From Chloroflexota bacterium (GTDB lineage: Bacteria > Chloroflexota > Anaerolineae > Anaerolineales > UBA11858): a stretch of DNA of 64,000 nucleotides. Of the stretch, positions 55,546 through 63,674 are shown piece by piece. The notes below the pieces were generated by a model. It was not told the DNA's origin, made no database searches, and saw nothing but the letters and a program-made list of their open reading frames with translations. The stretch spans positions 6,606-70,605 of the forward strand of contig JABGRQ010000199.1 of the NCBI GenBank assembly GCA_018648225.1, given 5' to 3'. Every line of letters starts with the position of its first letter. The first letter of the stretch is position 1. A program made the translations under genes and the position numbers.

Positions 55546-57435
55546 TCAAGCGGCCTGCCGCGCCCACAGTTCCAGCACCGCCAGGGCGTAAATGCGCTTG
55601 CCATGATCAGCGCGCCCGGCGAGATGCTCTTCGATGAGTTGCTGACGCGGCTGGATGTGGAACCACTCGCTGAGATGACTGTCTGGAGAGAGCAGGATTT
55701 GGCGCGACCAATCGGCCAGTGGCCCACGGAACCAGGCCCCGAGCGGAATCCCGAACCCTTGCTTGCCACGTGCCTGGACGCGTGGCGGTAGATCCGCGGC
55801 AAAGGCCTGACGTAACAGATATTTGCCTGTGCGGCCACGCACTCGCATGCGCTCTGGCAAACGCGCCGCCCAACTTGCCAACTCGTGATCGAGAAAGGGC
55901 GAACGCCCTTCGAGGGAATTCGCCATCGTCATACGGTCAGCCTTGACCAACAAATCGCCCGGCAAATAGGCGTGAATATCCGTGTACAGCGTGCGATCCA
56001 TGAAGGATTGGGCATGAGCGTTTTCGAATTTTTCGATGAGAAAACGCTCAACCGCGCGTGCGCCAAACTGCGCGGCAAAATCGGGTTTCCACAAGAGCGC
56101 CGCCCAATCGGGTGAGAAGTACGATCCCCAGCGCAAAATGCTGGCGCGGGGGTCAATGGCGGCAAGTTGCTCGAGGCGTTTGATCCCATCGAGCAGGCTG
56201 CTGCCCACCGGGGCGTTGGCCTTATTGGGCAGCAGGCGCGCCAGAGCGGGAATCAGCTTTTTGGTCAGGATCCGCGGCGAGCGCGCGTAGCGATTCCCCC
56301 ACGGGTCAAGCCAGTAACGCCAATAGCCCGCAAAAGCCTCATCACCACCATCCCCATTCAAGGCCACGGTGACGTATTCCCGCGTCAATTTTGAAAGATG
56401 GTAAAGGGGAATCGCCGACGGGTCGGCAAAAGGTTCGCCGAAATGCCTTGTCAGCGTTGTGAGGGTTTCAGGAATATCGCCGAAGGTGAGGGTGAACTCG
56501 TGATGCTCGGTGGCATAACGCTCGGCTACGGCGCGGGCATAGGGCAATTCGGAGAAAGCGCTTTCTTCAAACCCCACCGAGAAGGTCTTCACCGGCTGAG
56601 AACTGGCCTGCGCCATCAACGCCACAATCACGCTCGAATCGATCCCGCCACTGATGTGCGCGCCGAGAGGCACATCGCTAGTCATGCGCATTTCGACCGC
56701 AGCTTGCATGCGTTGGCGCAACTCGGCGATTAATTCATCTTCGGGGGCATCAAGTTTGGGTTCATACTCTAGCTGCCAGTAGCGTTCAATCGTCAACTGC
56801 TCACCTTCAACCGTAAGCGTGTGGGCCGCGGGAAGCTTGAAAATATTTTCGTAGGGCGTAAGCGGTTCGGGGATGTATTGCAGGCCAAGAAATAAATCAA
56901 TGGCGGGCAGATGAATTTTTGGGCGCTGCGGCAGAGCCTCGAGCAGGCTGGTCAGTTCGGAACTGAAGTACAAGCTGCCGTTCTGATAGCTATAATAAAG
57001 CGGCTTCTGCCCCATACGGTCGCGGGCGATAAAAAGTCTTTGGCGGTTTGCATCCCAGATGGCAAAGGCAAACTGGCCGCGCAGATGCTGCACACAGTCG
57101 TCGCCATATTCTTCGTAGAGATGGACGATGCACTCGGTATCGGTTTGGGTGCGAAAATGGTGGCCGCGTTGTTGCAGATCGGCGCGCAGGGTTGGGAAGT
57201 TGAATATTTCGCCGTTGAAGACAATCCAGACCGACTCATCTTCGTTGGGGATGGGCTGATCGCCGGTGTTGAGGTCAATAATCGCCAGGCGACGCATGGC
57301 GAGGCCTACGCCCGGCGCATAGAAAAAACCATCGCCATCTGGCCCGCGGTGAAAGATAGCCGCGTTCATGGCCGCCAGGGTATCCCGCTTGACGGGTTGG
57401 TTATTCGAGTGAGTAATTCCGCAAATGCCACACAT
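55546..57435 (-). CDS. asparagine synthase (glutamine-hydrolysing) family amidotransferase
   Basis: MCGICGI N-terminal nucleophile Cys, and HISGGIDSS PP-loop. Confidence 0.85.
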   Translation of the reverse strand: MCGICGITHSNNQPVKRDTLAAMNAAIFHRGPDGDGFFYAPGVGLAMRRLAIIDLNTGDQPIPNEDESVWIVFNGEIFNFPTLRADLQQRGHHFRTQTDTECIVHLYEEYGDDCVQHLRGQFAFAIWDANRQRLFIARDRMGQKPLYYSYQNGSLYFSSELTSLLEALPQRPKIHLPAIDLFLGLQYIPEPLTPYENIFKLPAAHTLTVEGEQLTIERYWQLEYEPKLDAPEDELIAELRQRMQAAVEMRMTSDVPLGAHISGGIDSSVIVALMAQASSQPVKTFSVGFEESAFSELPYARAVAERYATEHHEFTLTFGDIPETLTTLTRHFGEPFADPSAIPLYHLSKLTREYVTVALNGDGGDEAFAGYWRYWLDPWGNRYARSPRILTKKLIPALARLLPNKANAPVGSSLLDGIKRLEQLAAIDPRASILRWGSYFSPDWAALLWKPDFAAQFGARAVERFLIEKFENAHAQSFMDRTLYTDIHAYLPGDLLVKADRMTMANSLEGRSPFLDHELASWAARLPERMRVRGRTGKYLLRQAFAADLPPRVQARGKQGFGIPLGAWFRGPLADWSRQILLSPDSHLSEWFHIQPRQQLIEEHLAGRADHGKRIYALAVLELWARQAA

Positions 57436-57482
57436 AGTGAGACGGGGGACAGAAGACAGGAAAGCGACTACCGACCGCCGAT

Positions 57483-58688
57483 TTACAACTCCGAATTCCT
57501 GAATGCCAGATCGCCAATTAGCTCCATATATTGCGCCGCAATTTGGCTCCAGGCGTAGTGTGCTTCCACGCGCTGACGGCCCGCAGCGCCCATACGCTTA
57601 CATCGTTCAGGGTCTACGAGCAGTTGCGCCAAAGCCTGCTGCAAAGCATCCACGTCTTCTGGTGGTATCAGCAGGCCAGTCTCGCCATTCACAACCAGTT
57701 CTTCGTTGCCAGCAATGTGCGAGGCGATCACGGGCAGGCCGCAGGCCATCGCTTCCAGAACGGCGTTGGGCATACCTTCGTGCCGCGAGGGAAAGACAAA
57801 GAGATTGGACTGGTGATATTCTTCCAACAGGGCTGAGCCATCCAGCCAGTTAGCAAAACGCACACGCGCGGTGATTTGATTTTTCTCGGCAAAAGACTCC
57901 AGCCGCGGACGTTGGGGACCATCGCCGACCAGACAGAGTTCCCAGGGATGTGCGTGTAACTCGGCCAGCGCCTTGAAGAGCAAATCCAGCCCTTTTTGAT
58001 AGACCAGCCGCCCGACGAAAAGCAGGCGCGGCGGTGCATCCTGAGACTTCCGAAGTCTTTGCAATTCCATTTCCGCCGGTAATTCTCTTGTTAAAACTTC
58101 GGAAGTCTTAGCCGGAGCATATTTCTGTAAATCTACCCCGTTGGGGATGACGCACAAAGGTACGTCGGCGTCAAACGCACGCGCCAACTCGGCCAGGCCG
58201 GCGCTGTTGGCGACAATCATCTGCGCCCGCCGCCAGATCATGCGAATTAGCGGAGCCGCCAAACGATGGTAACGGGCAAAATCATAGGGGCGAAAACCTG
58301 GCACATCGCCGCCACGCAACGAGACGATATACGGAACCCCAGCCAGCACGTTTGCCCCCCAGGCCGCCAATCCGCTGGGGATACCGAAGAAAGCCACAAT
58401 CACATCCGGGCGGCTCTTTGGAAGCAGGCTTAAGGTTCGGAGGGTACTGACCAGCATAAAAACAATTTGCTCTACTGCGCTGGAACGATCTAATTTGCGA
58501 CGGAAAGCCCAAATGCGCTGAATCTGCACCCCGCCTCGTCGTTCCGTGCGCGGTAAATCGGCATAGGCCGCGGTCAGCACCTGCACATCATGTCCCGCAG
58601 CGACCAATTCCCGCGCCAAAAATTCACTGGCATTGCCTGCACCGCCACCGATGGGAGGATATTCGCTGTTGATAATTAGAATTCGCAT
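57483..58688 (-). CDS. family 4 (GT-B) glycosyltransferase carrying an in-frame repeat in the interdomain linker
   Basis: MRILIINSEYPPIGGGAGN...PSRHEGMPNAVLEAMACGLPVIAS. Confidence 0.8.
   Translation of the reverse strand: MRILIINSEYPPIGGGAGNASEFLARELVAAGHDVQVLTAAYADLPRTERRGGVQIQRIWAFRRKLDRSSAVEQIVFMLVSTLRTLSLLPKSRPDVIVAFFGIPSGLAAWGANVLAGVPYIVSLRGGDVPGFRPYDFARYHRLAAPLIRMIWRRAQMIVANSAGLAELARAFDADVPLCVIPNGVDLQKYAPAKTSEVLTRELPAEMELQRLRKSQDAPPRLLFVGRLVYQKGLDLLFKALAELHAHPWELCLVGDGPQRPRLESFAEKNQITARVRFANWLDGSALLEEYHQSNLFVFPSRHEGMPNAVLEAMACGLPVIASHIAGNEELVVNGETGLLIPPEDVDALQQALAQLLVDPERCKRMGAAGRQRVEAHYAWSQIAAQYMELIGDLAFRNSEL
58043..58111. repeat. V-family element (GACTTCCGAAGTC palindromes) in frame inside CDS
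   Basis: GAGACTTCCGAAGTCTT - 38 nt - AAACTTCGGAAGTCTTAG. Encodes KTSEVLTRELPAEMELQRLRKSQ. Confidence 0.8.
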
Positions 58689-58695
58689 ACGTTTT

Positions 58696-58786
58696 AACGC
58701 AATACCCTAAAGGGCACGGGGTTCGCGAAGACGCCAGGGCGCAAAGATTTTTTCTTTGCGACTTTCCTTCTTGGCGCCTTTGCGTT
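58696..58786. repeat. Q-family composite hairpin, copy 5, with conserved 22-nt box
   Basis: AACGCAATACCCTAAAGGGCAC ... GGGCGCAAAG ATTTTTT CTTTGCGAC...GGCGCCTTTGCGTT. Confidence 0.8.
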
Positions 58787-58791
58787 ATTTT

Positions 58792-60852
58792 TTACGGCAA
58801 TATTTGCCGGGCTTCATCCAAGGCCGGGCAGTTATCCACATTGGAGCGCGGATAAAGGATTTGCAAATGCACCTGGCGCAAGGTCAGGCGCGGCTCGTAA
58901 TAGCACAGCAAGGGCCGCGAGACCAACTGCACCCAGAGATTATGTTCCTCGACCCAGGCTTCTTCAGTGGGGTCTTTGTAGTTCTCTAGCACCTGATCGG
59001 TGATAATGGCCACAAAGCGTTGATTTTGCACGTCAGCATAGAAAGCGTTCAAATAATCAGCATTGCGCGACATAACCATTTCCATAAAAAAGACTTTTTC
59101 GTACTTCGACACAAGCGGCAGGTCAATCTGCTCATCGAAATAGAGCAAGTGGCGTTGCGAGATCAACAAAACCTCACCGCCATCGCGTGCGGCGTAATTG
59201 ATTTGCTGATGCACCGCATCCAGCGAGGCATTAACCACATTTGAAGCAGGCAAGTCAAACGGCGCGCCGGATTTTAGCGTCAACAAGACCGGTACGACTA
59301 CCAAAGAAAGCAGCAGCGGCCAGGTTGCAGATTTCCAAAGTCTTACCGAAGTGATTTCCAACGCAGATTTCTTTGTAGAGACTTCGGAAGTCTCCGCGGT
59401 AAAACGCCCAAAGAAGAAATACCCGCCCAATACCATCCACAAGGCCAGGTAAGCATCCAGGTTGTGCAAGTTGCTGCCGCCGCCAATTTTCACGCTGACG
59501 ATTAGACCGCCCGCGAATAAGGCCAACACCAACGCCAGCAACCCCAGCATACGGATTCCCGCCTGCCGACCGCGGCGCGCTAATAACAACCACAACACTG
59601 GCAACGAAACCAGCAAGGCATTCAGCACCAACCCCAGTGCATAGGTTTCATTCGGCCACAGACGGTACCATAATAAATCTGATGAAAAACTGGATGTAAA
59701 TTTTTCGGCATCATTGCCCGACACAACGACATACGCGGCTTGGGTTATAAAGGCCGTCACCGTACCCACCAGCCCCCAAACAGCAGGCGGCAGCAGATAA
59801 CGCCACCAGGGTATTTCATTCTGCGGCGCTTCGAGCAAATAGAGCATCGCTGCCAGCATCGCCGGAACCGGGAACCAATTCAGACGGCTGACTCCTGCCC
59901 ATACCGAAGCCAGCACGACCACCAGCAAATTGCGCCAGAATTTTTTGGCATCAAAGCCTGCAAAAACGATCATCAACGGTATGGCCAGATGATAATACAC
60001 CGGCCCCTGGAACAGGAATAGATAACCCCAAAAAACTATCATCCACAACACAAGCGGATTTTTCAAGCGTAAACGGCGGGCAAAGAGCCAGGCCGCCCCC
60101 AAAGTGAAAAACACCCACAAGACAACCTGCCACAGGCGATGTCCCCAAAGCGGAATGCCATCGATCAAAAAGGGCAACGATTGCATCAGATAGCGCGTGG
60201 GGTGCAGCACGGAAGGCGGCAGTGCCATGCCATACACTTTTTCGGCAAAAAACAGCGACGCATAATAAAAACGGCTGGTTTCCGACCAACTCAGGGAAAA
60301 AGGATAAGCGCTGATGCTCAGCCCGAAGGTGGCGATCTGGTAACTGAAGGCAATCAATAATCCGGCGACCAGCGCCGCGGCGCGCAGTTTCAAACGCGCA
60401 TCGGCTACGCGCAAAGCAAGCGCGCCCATCAATGTCAGGATCAGATATACCAAAAGCCGTGGGAAAATATCGGCGAGCAGATCGCTCATCAGGGCCAGCA
60501 CCAGGGCTGGGTACAGCGCAATGACGAAAATAATACCCCCGAAGCCCAGCCAGCGCAGGCGGCGCACACAACGAGGGAAACGCACCCACTTGACGAAGAG
60601 ACGCCCCCCGAGGGAAGTCCGCATAAATGCGGCCAAACTTAGGGTTAAAACTCCAAGCCCGTAAAGGCCGATCACCAACCACCAGCGTTGCGCCCGCAGA
60701 GTAAAAATCGCACCAAGGGCCAGGAGCTGCTGCGAAATCTGGTATGCCGATCCGCTAAATAATCCAGCAAAAACGATTAACAACCACGTTAGATCATTAC
60801 GCGGTTGGCGGGATTCAAAAATCGCTTCCAAACGGGGTTCAGGCGAGGTCAT
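58792..60852 (-). CDS. polytopic membrane protein with C-terminal soluble domain (paralog B2)
   Basis: ~686 aa from ATG 60852 (MTSPEPRL). FSLSWSETSRFYY, SVKIGGGSNLHNLD, and GGEVLLISQRHLLYF...RFVAIITDQ, as in 42869-45076. Confidence 0.45.
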   Translation of the reverse strand: MTSPEPRLEAIFESRQPRNDLTWLLIVFAGLFSGSAYQISQQLLALGAIFTLRAQRWWLVIGLYGLGVLTLSLAAFMRTSLGGRLFVKWVRFPRCVRRLRWLGFGGIIFVIALYPALVLALMSDLLADIFPRLLVYLILTLMGALALRVADARLKLRAAALVAGLLIAFSYQIATFGLSISAYPFSLSWSETSRFYYASLFFAEKVYGMALPPSVLHPTRYLMQSLPFLIDGIPLWGHRLWQVVLWVFFTLGAAWLFARRLRLKNPLVLWMIVFWGYLFLFQGPVYYHLAIPLMIVFAGFDAKKFWRNLLVVVLASVWAGVSRLNWFPVPAMLAAMLYLLEAPQNEIPWWRYLLPPAVWGLVGTVTAFITQAAYVVVSGNDAEKFTSSFSSDLLWYRLWPNETYALGLVLNALLVSLPVLWLLLARRGRQAGIRMLGLLALVLALFAGGLIVSVKIGGGSNLHNLDAYLALWMVLGGYFFFGRFTAETSEVSTKKSALEITSVRLWKSATWPLLLSLVVVPVLLTLKSGAPFDLPASNVVNASLDAVHQQINYAARDGGEVLLISQRHLLYFDEQIDLPLVSKYEKVFFMEMVMSRNADYLNAFYADVQNQRFVAIITDQVLENYKDPTEEAWVEEHNLWVQLVSRPLLCYYEPRLTLRQVHLQILYPRSNVDNCPALDEARQILP
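59330..59394. repeat. V-family element in frame inside CDS
   Basis: GATTTCCAAAGTCTTACCGAAGTGATTTCC...GAGACTTCGGAAGTCTC. Encodes ETSEVSTKKSALEITSVRLWKS. Confidence 0.75.
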
Positions 60853-61768
60853 TTTTATCTCTTGCCGCCATGATCGCAGGCACAAAAGCCGCGCCGGGCA
60901 AACTGGCAAACATTTGCAGGGTACGGATCAGCAAGGCAATCGTCAGGCCGCTTTGCAAAGAAATACCACCCACATTGGTATAGATGAGCGTCACGGCGAT
61001 TTCTTGCACGCCATAGCCGTTGATCGAAATCGGCAGCAAGGTAATCAGGTAGACAAAACTCCACAACCCGGCAATCAGGCCAAAGGGAATGGGGTCGTGC
61101 ATCTCGCGCAGCAACAAGGCAATGGTGGTGTAAAGAAAGAGCATGTGCAAGCTGGTCATCGCCAGGGAAAGTAACAACGCGGCGGGCTGGCGTTTCCACA
61201 AACCAAAAGCGCCGAAAAGTCGATTGAGCAAGTTCTTCACCCGCAGCCAGAGACCGCCCAACCCGGCAGCAGCCAGCGAGGATTGAAAAGCGTCTCTCCA
61301 GCCCTGATCGAGGATCAACCAGTTCCACAAGGGCGCCGCGCCGAAAGGCACCGCCAAGGCCATCCCCAGCAGGCCAATCAGCCGGTCTACCACCAGGGAG
61401 GCGGCGCTAATGGGGCCATCAAGCTTGAGTTGCACCGCGCCCGCCAGACGTACAACATCGCCACCAACTGTGGTGGGAAGAAAATTCGAAGCGAATAATC
61501 CCGCAAACGTGAGCTGGGCGGTTTTTTTATAGGAGACTTCCATCTCCGGAATCGAAAGTAGAAAATACCAACGCCCAGCAACCGCCAGCCGGGAAAACAA
61601 GGTCAGCAATAAAGCCAACACAAGATGCCACCAGGAAATTTGCGCAATCGCCGCCAGAATATCGCCCCATCCCTGGCGGGTGAAAAGATAACCCAGCAAG
61701 GCCAGGGTCAGCAGAGTCCCGGCCCAACGGAGCCAGGTTCTTTTTTGAGAGGGTTTTAAAGAAGACAT
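60839..61768 (-). CDS. flippase-like / LPG-synthase-TM (UPF0104) family membrane protein
   Basis: FASNFLPTTVGGDVVRL motif with ~8 hydrophobic segments. Confidence 0.7.
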   Translation of the reverse strand: MSSLKPSQKRTWLRWAGTLLTLALLGYLFTRQGWGDILAAIAQISWWHLVLALLLTLFSRLAVAGRWYFLLSIPEMEVSYKKTAQLTFAGLFASNFLPTTVGGDVVRLAGAVQLKLDGPISAASLVVDRLIGLLGMALAVPFGAAPLWNWLILDQGWRDAFQSSLAAAGLGGLWLRVKNLLNRLFGAFGLWKRQPAALLLSLAMTSLHMLFLYTTIALLLREMHDPIPFGLIAGLWSFVYLITLLPISINGYGVQEIAVTLIYTNVGGISLQSGLTIALLIRTLQMFASLPGAAFVPAIMAARDKNDLA

Positions 61769-61778
61769 GATGGGAAGT

Positions 61779-61844
61779 CAGAAATGCAGAACGATGAATG
61801 ATGAATGCAGAATATTCACCGTTCAGCATTCATCATTCATCATT
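61779..61844. repeat. T-family composite hairpin (GAATG units)
   Basis: CAGAAATGCAGAACGATGAATGATGAATGCAGAAT ATTCACC GTTCAGCATTCATCATTCATCATT. Confidence 0.85.
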
Positions 61845-61851
61845 TTTCTCC

Positions 61852-62808
61852 CTACTCCTTACTTCCTACATTCAGTTTACGCCGCACGGTATACGTCGGC
61901 TTCTTCTGCGATTCGTGATAAGTACGTACCTGTAATTCGGCAATCAGGCCCATGAGAATAGACTGGAAGCCCATAATCAGGAGAATCAGGCTGACTGGAA
62001 AAAAAGGCGATTCGAGTACAGAGACCAATGTCACAATGCGCCGAATCACCAAAAAAGCCAGCAAGCCCGTTCCAGCGGCCATCATAGCCATACCGGGGCC
62101 GCCAAAAAGATAATTGGGTTTGTGTCCGTAGCTAATCAAAAATTTGACTGTCAGTAAATCGAGGATCACCTTGAGAATTCGCTCCAGACCATACTTGGTT
62201 TTACCAAATTCGCGCGGGTGATGTCGCACGGGGACTTCGATAATTTTTGCGCCAACATATCCGGCATAGGCGGGAATAAAACGGTGCATCTCGCCATACA
62301 GGCGGAAGCCGGTAATCACATCGCGGCGATAGGCTTTAAGCGTGCAGCCGTAATCGTGCAGTTTAACGCCCGTAACCCACGAGATCAGTCCATTGGCAAT
62401 GCGCGAGGGCAGCGTGCGCGTGAAAAAAGTATCCTGACGCTTGATGCGCCATCCACTGACCACATCGTAGCCTTCATCCATTTTTTCGAGCATCATCGGG
62501 ATATCGGCGGGATCATTCTGCATATCGGCATCCATCAAGACAATCACATCACCCATCGCATAATCCAGCCCGGCCGCAATCGCTGCCGTCTGGCCGAAAT
62601 TGCGCCGCAGGGCAACCACACGCGTGTGCTTCGTATCCGCCTCGGCCAATTCGGCCAGCGCATCGGGGCTGCCATCCGTGCTGCCATCATCCACATATAC
62701 AATTTCCCAAGGATACGAAATCACGCCAAGCGCTTCATTCAGAGCGGCATGTAATTTCGGCAGGCTCTCTTTTTCATTGTAGACAGGAATTACAACAGAT
62801 AGTTCCAT
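61852..62808 (-). CDS. GT2 polyprenyl-phosphate glycosyltransferase (GtrB/ArnC/DPM1-like)
   Basis: LSVVIPVYNEKESL...IVYVDDGSTDGS...LMDADMQNDP...GWRIKRQD plus two C-terminal TM helices. Confidence 0.85.
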   Translation of the reverse strand: MELSVVIPVYNEKESLPKLHAALNEALGVISYPWEIVYVDDGSTDGSPDALAELAEADTKHTRVVALRRNFGQTAAIAAGLDYAMGDVIVLMDADMQNDPADIPMMLEKMDEGYDVVSGWRIKRQDTFFTRTLPSRIANGLISWVTGVKLHDYGCTLKAYRRDVITGFRLYGEMHRFIPAYAGYVGAKIIEVPVRHHPREFGKTKYGLERILKVILDLLTVKFLISYGHKPNYLFGGPGMAMMAAGTGLLAFLVIRRIVTLVSVLESPFFPVSLILLIMGFQSILMGLIAELQVRTYHESQKKPTYTVRRKLNVGSKE

Positions 62809-62819
62809 AAGTTTTTCTT

Positions 62820-62898
62820 CAGACCTCCGAGATTTTCACAAAACCGGTCTGCAAAGATTTTTTCGCTGAAATCTCGGAGGTCTTTCAGCGAAATCTTC
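62820..62898. repeat. V-family composite hairpin, intergenic copy
   Basis: CAGACCTCCGAGATTT ... AAATCTCGGAGGTCT plus overlapping GCTGAAA/TTTCAGC. Confidence 0.8.
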
Positions 62899-62963
62899 AT
62901 TATCGATCCGACAAACATCAGGCATTGTAGTTCAGGCGTTGGCGATGGTCAAGCTGTGCAAAA

Positions 62964-63530
62964 TCAGGCTTCCGGCTCATCCAGGGAGCGAATCAACCGG
63001 GCCGGGATACCACCAAAGAGAGAGTAGGCTGGCACATCAGCCGCGACTACCGCCCCGGCGGCGATAACGCTGCCACGCCCAATGGTGACTCCAGGCAAGA
63101 TGGTGACACCAGCCCCAAGCCATACCTGATCCTCAACAACGACCGAACGTGGTTCAGCAACTCGATGACCCTGCGCATCCGCCACCAGCGCATGATGGAT
63201 GGTTTCAAAAGAGCAACGCGGGCCAATATAAACACTTTTGCCTATCGTGATTGTTGCGGGGGGGCGAGCCGCAAAACGAGCATGACTATTGATGAATGTA
63301 TCGCGCCCAATCGTTACGTTTCCAGCCGCGCCAATTGGACGCATTTCAACTGGCGCCCAAATCTGTACAGGGTATTGAATCTGCATTCCAGCGAGTTTCA
63401 AAACCAAAGCCCGCAACGCGTCTGCCGTGTGCAAACGCGGCAAGTGATTTGCGATCCAAAGAAAGATTGCCTCACGAAACACTTGAAAGTGAAAATCTTT
63501 TTTGAGTACATCGAGAGCTTGCGAAAACAT
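62964..63530 (-). CDS. hexapeptide-repeat (LbH) O-acetyltransferase
   Basis: VWLGAGVTILPGVTIGRGSVIAAGAVVAADVP. ATG 63530 (MFSQALD) has GGAG 6 nt upstream. Confidence 0.8.
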   Translation of the reverse strand: MFSQALDVLKKDFHFQVFREAIFLWIANHLPRLHTADALRALVLKLAGMQIQYPVQIWAPVEMRPIGAAGNVTIGRDTFINSHARFAARPPATITIGKSVYIGPRCSFETIHHALVADAQGHRVAEPRSVVVEDQVWLGAGVTILPGVTIGRGSVIAAGAVVAADVPAYSLFGGIPARLIRSLDEPEA

Positions 63531-63567
63531 TGAAACTCCAACAGACAGGTAAATTCCTGAACAATTT

Positions 63568-63596
63568 TTTACAATACAGCGCAGGAATAGTATACT
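63568..63596 (+). promoter_or_regulatory. candidate sigma70-type promoter for the yhhQ-like gene
   Basis: TTTACA - 17 nt - TATACT. It would give a ~70-nt leader. Confidence 0.3.
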
Positions 63597-63674
63597 TGAT
63601 TGCGCTACAGAAACCACTGCTTTCCCATAACCATACATTTTATAAACGCAATTATTTTTATTTGGAGTGCAATT

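Noticed and set aside
35726-58786. Possibility that the hairpins are integron attC sites, since the genes share one orientation and each is followed by an imperfect palindrome with AACGCAA...TTGCGTT ends.
   Set aside because: Outer motifs do not consistently fit RYYYAAC/GTTRRRY on the gene strand. There is no integrase or attI in the window. The genes are large, functionally coherent and often translationally coupled, unlike promoterless cassettes.
63597-63674. A preQ1 riboswitch in the ~70-nt leader of the yhhQ-like transporter gene.
   Set aside because: YhhQ genes are often preQ1-regulated. I could not find the short P1 stem followed by the conserved C-rich loop and A-rich ACUA tail of preQ1-I, nor anything resembling classes II or III. 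A covariance-model scan (Rfam RF00522, RF01054, RF02680) would settle it.
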